The notes beneath the pieces are model-generated. The model was not told the DNA's origin, searched no databases, and saw only the letters and a program-made list of their open reading frames with translations. A DNA stretch of 32,000 nt from Dickeya dadantii NCPPB 898 (GTDB lineage: Bacteria > Pseudomonadota > Gammaproteobacteria > Enterobacterales > Enterobacteriaceae). The stretch lies in assembly GCF_000406145.1 (NCBI RefSeq), contig NZ_CM001976.1, forward strand, positions 3,263,206 to 3,295,205, written 5' to 3'. A program made the translations under genes and the position numbers. Of this stretch, positions 27,635-32,000 are shown piece after piece; position 1 is the first letter of the stretch, and each line of letters opens with the position of its first letter.

Positions 27635-28965
27635 TGCGTCACCTCCAGCACCATCGCTGCCCCCAGGCCGCCTGCCGCGCAAGCAGTGACCAGCCCCAAT
27701 CCGCCGCCTCGCCGGCGCAATTCATGCAGCGTCTGGGTGATCATCCGCGCGCCGGTCGCGGCAAACGGATGCCCATAGGCGAGCGATCCGCCACGCACGT
27801 TGAAGCGCTCACGGTCCACCTCCCCCACCGGCGCGTTGCGCCCGAGTTTATCGCGGGCAAATTCAGCGCTGGCGAACAGGTACAGATTGGCCAGAGTCTG
27901 AGCGGCGAAAGCTTCATGCATGTCAATCAGCGCCAGATCGTCCAGACGGATACCCGCTCGATCGAGCGCCAGCGGGGTGGTGTAAGCCGGCCCTGCCAGC
28001 ATGTCCTGCTGCACCGGAATGGCGCAGAACGCATAGCTACGCAGGTAGCCGAGCGGCGTCAGTTTCAGTTCGCGGGCGCGGGATTCGCTCATCAGCAACA
28101 CCGCGGCGGCGCCGTCGGTTAACGGCGAACTGTTGCCGGCGGTTACGCTGCCGTAGCGACGGTCAAAGGCGGGTTTAAGGCGGGAATACTGTTCCGGCGC
28201 GCTGTCGCGACGAATAGTGTTGTCTTCATTGATGGCCTGTTTATACGGCGGCACCCAGGCCGTCATCACCTCGTCGCGCAGTACGCCGTCGGCCCAGGCC
28301 TGCGTAGCGCGTTGATGGGAAAGATGGGCGAAAGCGTCCTGCGCTTCGCGGCTGATGCGGTAGTCTTTCGCCATCTGCTCGGCGGTATCGCCCATGCGCA
28401 GCCCGGTGGAATACTCGGCCACGGCGGGCGCCACCGGCAGTAAGTCCCGCGGCCGCAAACGGGCGAACAACGCCAGCCGCTGGCGGAAGGTTCTGGCGCG
28501 CGAGAGATCGACCAGCGTGCGCGCCAGCGCCTTGCTGACGCCGATGGGCAGCACAGAAGCCGAATCAGCGCCGCCGGCGATGCCGATGTCGATAGCGCCG
28601 GCCAGAATGCTTTCCGCCACGTTGGCGACCGCCTGAAAACTGGTGGCGCAGGCTCGGGAGACGCTATATGCATCGGTAAGCACGCTCATGCCGCTGCCCA
28701 GCACGATTTCGCGGGCGATATTGGGCGCTTCCGGCATCTGGATCACCTGCCCGAACACCAGTTGCTCCACCTGTTCCGGCTCGACGCCGCTGCGAAGCAA
28801 CAGCTCATTGACCACCAGCGTGCCCAGCTCCAGCGCCGGGATACCATGATAGACCGTCGCCTGTCGGGCAAACGGGGTTCTCAGCCCACTAACAATCGCA
28901 ATGCGGTCGCCACGCCGGGTGACCAGCGGCACTGCTTCGCGTTCACGCATAACCATTCCGTTCAT
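27631..28965 (-). CDS. fadI: 3-ketoacyl-CoA thiolase, anaerobic beta-oxidation
   Basis: The segment [32 protein letters not shown] matches E. coli FadI. The thiolase Cys context [11 protein letters not shown] and the C-terminal CAAGGLG are present. The start could be any of three ATGs (28965, 28956 or 28950); the longest is reported. Confidence 0.92.
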   Translation of the reverse strand: MNGMVMREREAVPLVTRRGDRIAIVSGLRTPFARQATVYHGIPALELGTLVVNELLLRSGVEPEQVEQLVFGQVIQMPEAPNIAREIVLGSGMSVLTDAYSVSRACATSFQAVANVAESILAGAIDIGIAGGADSASVLPIGVSKALARTLVDLSRARTFRQRLALFARLRPRDLLPVAPAVAEYSTGLRMGDTAEQMAKDYRISREAQDAFAHLSHQRATQAWADGVLRDEVMTAWVPPYKQAINEDNTIRRDSAPEQYSRLKPAFDRRYGSVTAGNSSPLTDGAAAVLLMSESRARELKLTPLGYLRSYAFCAIPVQQDMLAGPAYTTPLALDRAGIRLDDLALIDMHEAFAAQTLANLYLFASAEFARDKLGRNAPVGEVDRERFNVRGGSLAYGHPFAATGARMITQTLHELRRRGGGLGLVTACAAGGLGAAMVLEVTQ

Positions 28966-28980
28966 CCCTTTTCAGAGACC

Positions 28981-28997
28981 GATGGGTCTGAACTCAT
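28981..28997 (-). promoter_or_regulatory. Weak candidate FadR operator upstream of fadI
   Basis: GATGGGTCTGAACTCAT contains the GGTCTGA core and matches about 10 of 15 defined positions of the FadR consensus (ANCTGGTCNGACCTGTT as recalled). It lies 16-32 bp upstream of the longest fadI start. Confidence 0.3.
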
Positions 28998-29141
28998 TGT
29001 TAACCTGAAGATTACATTATGCAAACAAGCAGATACCAAACAGCGAGCCATGCCACGCTTCCGGGCGCTCATGCACAATGGAAATAAGACGGCAAAGGTA
29101 ATGAAAAAGAAGGAATAATGAAGTGGAAAACATCGGGAAAC

Positions 29142-29167
29142 GCGGCTGATCTCAGCGTATCAGCCGC
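29142..29167 (-). terminator. Probable terminator of yfcZ
   Basis: The perfect 9-bp stem GCGGCTGAT/ATCAGCCGC has an 8-nt loop. On the minus strand it is followed by GUUUCCCGAUGUUUUCC. Confidence 0.5.
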
Positions 29168-29229
29168 AAAGCGAGGGCGAGCACGCCACTACAGCGGCAC
29201 TACTATTACGACTACTACGACTTGGTCGG

Positions 29230-29526
29230 TTAGCGCAGGCCCAGCTGGAAGATCAGGGTTTCCGCCTGACAGCTGAACGTGAAATCCATATCCAGTTTAA
29301 CGCCGCCTTCCGCCTCCGACAGGCGGGCGTCAATCACGCAGGGCTCGGACTCAACCGCACGGGCTTTTTCCGTCAGTTGCTTCTGCGTCTGCTCCGCGTC
29401 GCTACGGTGGGTAAACACACGGCTGTAAGAGGCGGTGCAATCGGTGTTATCCATTACGGTTCCCACATCCACACAGCAACAGGCGGCGGTTTCTTCCGCG
29501 CTACATTTGTTAATCGCGTTTGTCAT
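29230..29526 (-). CDS. yfcZ: YfcZ/YiiS family protein (DUF406)
   Basis: The 98 aa product (KCSAEETAACCCVDVGTVMDNTDCTASYSRVF...EPC...DFTFSCQAETLIFQLGLR) is collinear with E. coli YfcZ. The SD GAGGAG lies upstream. Confidence 0.9.
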   Translation of the reverse strand: MTNAINKCSAEETAACCCVDVGTVMDNTDCTASYSRVFTHRSDAEQTQKQLTEKARAVESEPCVIDARLSEAEGGVKLDMDFTFSCQAETLIFQLGLR

Positions 29527-29644
29527 GGCAAAACTCCTCTGCGGCGACAGGCGCTTCCCCAGTCGGAAGCACGCTATCCATCTATTCTGCCCCCATTTTA
29601 CTCACCACGGTCGTCTATCACTAGCACTTACCAATTAAAGAGGT

Positions 29645-29666
29645 ATTACGTGATACAAATCACACT
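29645..29666. promoter_or_regulatory. CRP (cAMP receptor protein) binding site
   Basis: In ATTAcGTGATACAAATCACACT, the half-sites cGTGA-N6-TCACA match 9/10 of the TGTGA-N6-TCACA core. The site lies in the yfcZ/fadL divergent spacer, about 130 bp from the yfcZ ATG and about 250 bp from the fadL ATG. Confidence 0.65.
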
Positions 29667-29810
29667 TTAACGTTATTTTTCAATGAAATAGGCTAAAAGA
29701 CCTAAACACAATCATGACATTTGTTAACTGGATCTAATTTTTAAATCATTTTCGCAACATTTATGGAACCAAAAGAAAACATTTCATCGTTTTACTTTTA
29801 TACTTTGCGC

Positions 29811-29827
29811 AACTGGTCTGATTTGTC
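29811..29827 (+). promoter_or_regulatory. FadR operator of fadL
   Basis: AACTGGTCTGATTTGTC matches the FadR consensus core (A-CTGGTC-GA) and the E. coli fadL/fadB sites as recalled. It lies immediately downstream of a -10-like TATACT (29799-29804), consistent with repression. Confidence 0.7.
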
Positions 29828-29907
29828 AGCCCATTAAGCCCCCCTACAATGCGCGTCCCTTGTTACACGCTTAACAAAAATTGCAAACGTTCAGTGAGGT
29901 TTCGGTC

Positions 29908-31173
29908 ATGAGCCAGAAAGTCCTGTTAAAGAAAACATCACTTGCTGTGGCGCTGGCGCTAATGGCATCCAATGCAACCGCTGCTGGTTTCCAGTTGAAT
30001 GAGTTCTCCTCATCCGGTCTGGGGCGCGCCTTCTCGGGTGAAAGCGCAATTGCAGACAATGCGACCTCTGGTAGCCGCAACCCGGCGACCATGACGCTGT
30101 TTGATCGCCCGGCCTTTTCCGGCGGCGTGACTTACATTAACCCGGATATCGACTTGCGCGGCTCCAGCAGCACCGGCCGCGACGCCAGCGCAGACAATAT
30201 TGCGCCGCATGCCTGGGTGCCCAACCTGCATTTCATCATGCCGCTGAACGAGCAGTGGGCGGTTGGCGCCTCCGCCACCACCAACTTCGGGCTGGGGACA
30301 GAGTTCAGCGACAATTTCAGCGCCGGTTCCATTGCGGGCAAAACCGACCTGAAAACCTCCAACCTGAATCTGAGCGCGGCCTATCGTCTCAACCAGCATT
30401 TCAGCTTTGGTCTGGGCGTCAATGCCGTGTACGCCGATGCCAAATTTGTGCGTAACGCCGGCGAAGTCGGCCCGGTGCTGGGTGTGAGTTCAACATCTGA
30501 GATCACCCATATGGATGGCAAAGAATGGGGTTATGGCTGGAACGCCGGTATCCTGTATGAACTGGATAAGAACAACCGCTTCGGCCTGAGTTATCGCTCT
30601 AAAGTCGACATCGATTTTGACGGCTCCTTCAGAAACGACCTGGCGGCGCCGCGCGGCACCAGCGGCAACACCATCCCCGCCAGGCTCACGCTCAACCTGC
30701 CGGAAATGTGGGAGTTCTCCGCTTACCACCGCGTCGCTCCGCAGTGGGCGGTTCACTATAGCCTGGCCTACACCAGTTGGAGCAGCTTCCAGGAACTACG
30801 TGCCACCAACAGCAACGGCCAGCAGTTGTTCCAGAAGGATGAACGCTTCCACGATTCTTACCGCATCGCGCTGGGCACCACTTACTACTACGACGACAAC
30901 TGGACTTTCCGCACCGGTATCGCGTTTGACGACAGTCCGGTACCGGCTGACAAACGCACCATCTCCATCCCGGATCAGGATCGTCTCTGGCTGAGCGCCG
31001 GCACCACCTACGCCTTTAACAAAGACGCTTCGGTGGACGTGGGCGTGTCTTATATGCACGGTCAGAAAGTCACCATCAACGAACCGGGCGTTGCGGCTAA
31101 CCTGCCCTCTTACACCTTTACCTCTAAAGGCCGGGCGTGGCTGTACGGCGTGAACTTCAACTACAGTTTCTAA
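29908..31173 (+). CDS. fadL: Long-chain fatty acid outer-membrane channel
   Basis: I chose the ATG at 29908 because the SD GTGAGGT is at 29894-29900; the track start at 29881 is a TTG. The signal peptide [25 protein letters not shown] is followed by [20 protein letters not shown], the conserved FadL N-terminus. The product ends in a C-terminal aromatic residue (NYSF). Confidence 0.93.
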   Translation: MSQKVLLKKTSLAVALALMASNATAAGFQLNEFSSSGLGRAFSGESAIADNATSGSRNPATMTLFDRPAFSGGVTYINPDIDLRGSSSTGRDASADNIAPHAWVPNLHFIMPLNEQWAVGASATTNFGLGTEFSDNFSAGSIAGKTDLKTSNLNLSAAYRLNQHFSFGLGVNAVYADAKFVRNAGEVGPVLGVSSTSEITHMDGKEWGYGWNAGILYELDKNNRFGLSYRSKVDIDFDGSFRNDLAAPRGTSGNTIPARLTLNLPEMWEFSAYHRVAPQWAVHYSLAYTSWSSFQELRATNSNGQQLFQKDERFHDSYRIALGTTYYYDDNWTFRTGIAFDDSPVPADKRTISIPDQDRLWLSAGTTYAFNKDASVDVGVSYMHGQKVTINEPGVAANLPSYTFTSKGRAWLYGVNFNYSF

Positions 31174-31197
31174 CCTGAACACCCTATCTCTGTTCGT

Positions 31198-31227
31198 AAA
31201 AAAGGCCGCTATCGCGGCCTTTTGTTT
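31198..31227. terminator. Bidirectional intrinsic terminator between the convergent genes fadL and mqo
   Basis: The sequence is AAAAAAGGCCGC-TATC-GCGGCCTTTTTGTTTG, a GC stem flanked by an A-run and a T-run. Confidence 0.8.
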
Positions 31228-31258
31228 GATGAGAAGTCGGTGATTTATGCCAGCGGCA

Positions 31259-32000
31259 TTACTCCGGCTTCACTTCCATGTAGTTCAGTTTCAGCGTGCT
31301 ACTGGTGTAGCCGCGGATCTTGTTGGTCAGGTCGATATTGCCTTCCAGTTTCTGGCCGTAAGACGGAACGATCTCCTTCAATTTGGCCTGCCATTCCGGC
31401 GTCGCGACCTTATCCTTGAACACGGTCTGCATCAGGCTCAGCATGATCGGCGCAGCGGTGGACGCACCCGGCGACGCGCCCAGCAGCGCGGCGATGGTAC
31501 CGTCTTTATCGCTGACAATCTCGGTGCCCAGCTTCAGTACGCCGCCCAGCTCTTTGTCTTTCTTGATGATCTGTACGCGTTGACCCGCCACCGCCAGACG
31601 CCAGTCAGACTGTTTGGCCTGCGGGAAGTACTCTTTCAACGCGGCAAAACGATCGTCGTCGTTCATCATCAGCTGGCCGATCAGGTATTTCACCAGATCG
31701 AAATTATCGATCCCCACATTCACCATCGGCATAAAGTTGGAGGTGTTCATGGACGCGAGCAGATCCCACAACGAACCGTTTTTCAGGAATTTGCTGGAGA
31801 AGGTCGCGAACGGCCCGAACAGCAGCGCCGGCTTACCGTTGAAGATACGGGTATCCAGATGCGGTACGGACATCGGCGGCGCGCCAACCGAAGCTTTACC
31901 GTATACCTTGGCGAGATGACGTTTTACGATGTCCTGATTATCGGTGACCAGGAACTCGCCGCCAACCGGGAAGCCGCCATAGTTGTCCGCTTCCGGAATA
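31259..32000 (-). CDS. mqo: Malate:quinone oxidoreductase, C-terminal part; the gene continues past the right window edge
   Basis: The track ORF starts at an internal Met. The frame stays open to the window edge (31874-31999 reads [42 protein letters not shown], then [26 protein letters not shown]...). This matches the C-terminal half of Mqo. Confidence 0.85.
   Translation of the reverse strand, partial: IPEADNYGGFPVGGEFLVTDNQDIVKRHLAKVYGKASVGAPPMSVPHLDTRIFNGKPALLFGPFATFSSKFLKNGSLWDLLASMNTSNFMPMVNVGIDNFDLVKYLIGQLMMNDDDRFAALKEYFPQAKQSDWRLAVAGQRVQIIKKDKELGGVLKLGTEIVSDKDGTIAALLGASPGASTAAPIMLSLMQTVFKDKVATPEWQAKLKEIVPSYGQKLEGNIDLTNKIRGYTSSTLKLNYMEVKPE

Noticed and set aside
1-32000. CRISPR arrays, tRNA/rRNA genes, IS elements or transposases, integrases, prophage genes, toxin-antitoxin pairs and known defence systems.
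   Set aside because: I looked for these on both strands and found none. No repeat-spacer periodicity goes beyond the two three-unit 15-bp arrays. There are no cloverleaf-like conserved tRNA motifs in the spacers, and no ORF has transposase, integrase, nuclease or ATPase defence signatures outside the housekeeping genes listed.

Overview
This window is an ordinary chromosomal segment from a GC-rich member of the Enterobacterales. The gene order and protein sequences follow the E. coli/Salmonella block usg-pdxB-flk-fabB-mnmC-yfcL-epmC-yfcA-mepA-aroC-prmB-smrB-sixA-fadJ-fadI-yfcZ-fadL. A soft-rot genus such as Dickeya is my guess only. All homology calls come from memory of the reference proteins, because no search was run.

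Four things interrupt or end this conserved backbone:
- The tctED/tctCBA tricarboxylate two-component and transporter locus lies between pdxB and flk (1548-6757).
- A 6.6 kb accessory block lies between mnmC and yfcL (11821-18319). It holds an AraC regulator, azlCD-like exporter genes, and a same-strand string of aldehyde dehydrogenase, DJ-1/PfpI, GST and Ohr genes divergent from a LysR regulator.
- An 883 bp gene-free spacer lies between sixA and fadJ, and its distal ~550 bp is strikingly AT-rich.
- mqo, rather than the E. coli neighbours, follows fadL at the right edge.

Recognisable regulatory DNA includes a FadR+FabR operator pair at fabB, a FadR operator and a CRP site in the yfcZ-fadL spacer, and an 11-bp direct repeat that could be the TctD box.

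I saw no tRNA or rRNA genes, no CRISPR array, no transposase, integrase or phage genes, and no recognisable defence genes. I did not find a convincing novel multi-gene system. The best candidates for a second look are:
- the LysR-linked ALDH/DJ-1/GST/Ohr detoxification string, which has an ohr gene with no ohrR;
- two 15-bp-period tandem repeat arrays in the prmB-smrB divergent region, one of which carries three phased GATC sites;
- the AT-rich orphan spacer.

Many long ORFs in the supplied track are antisense artefacts lying in exact codon register with the real genes.
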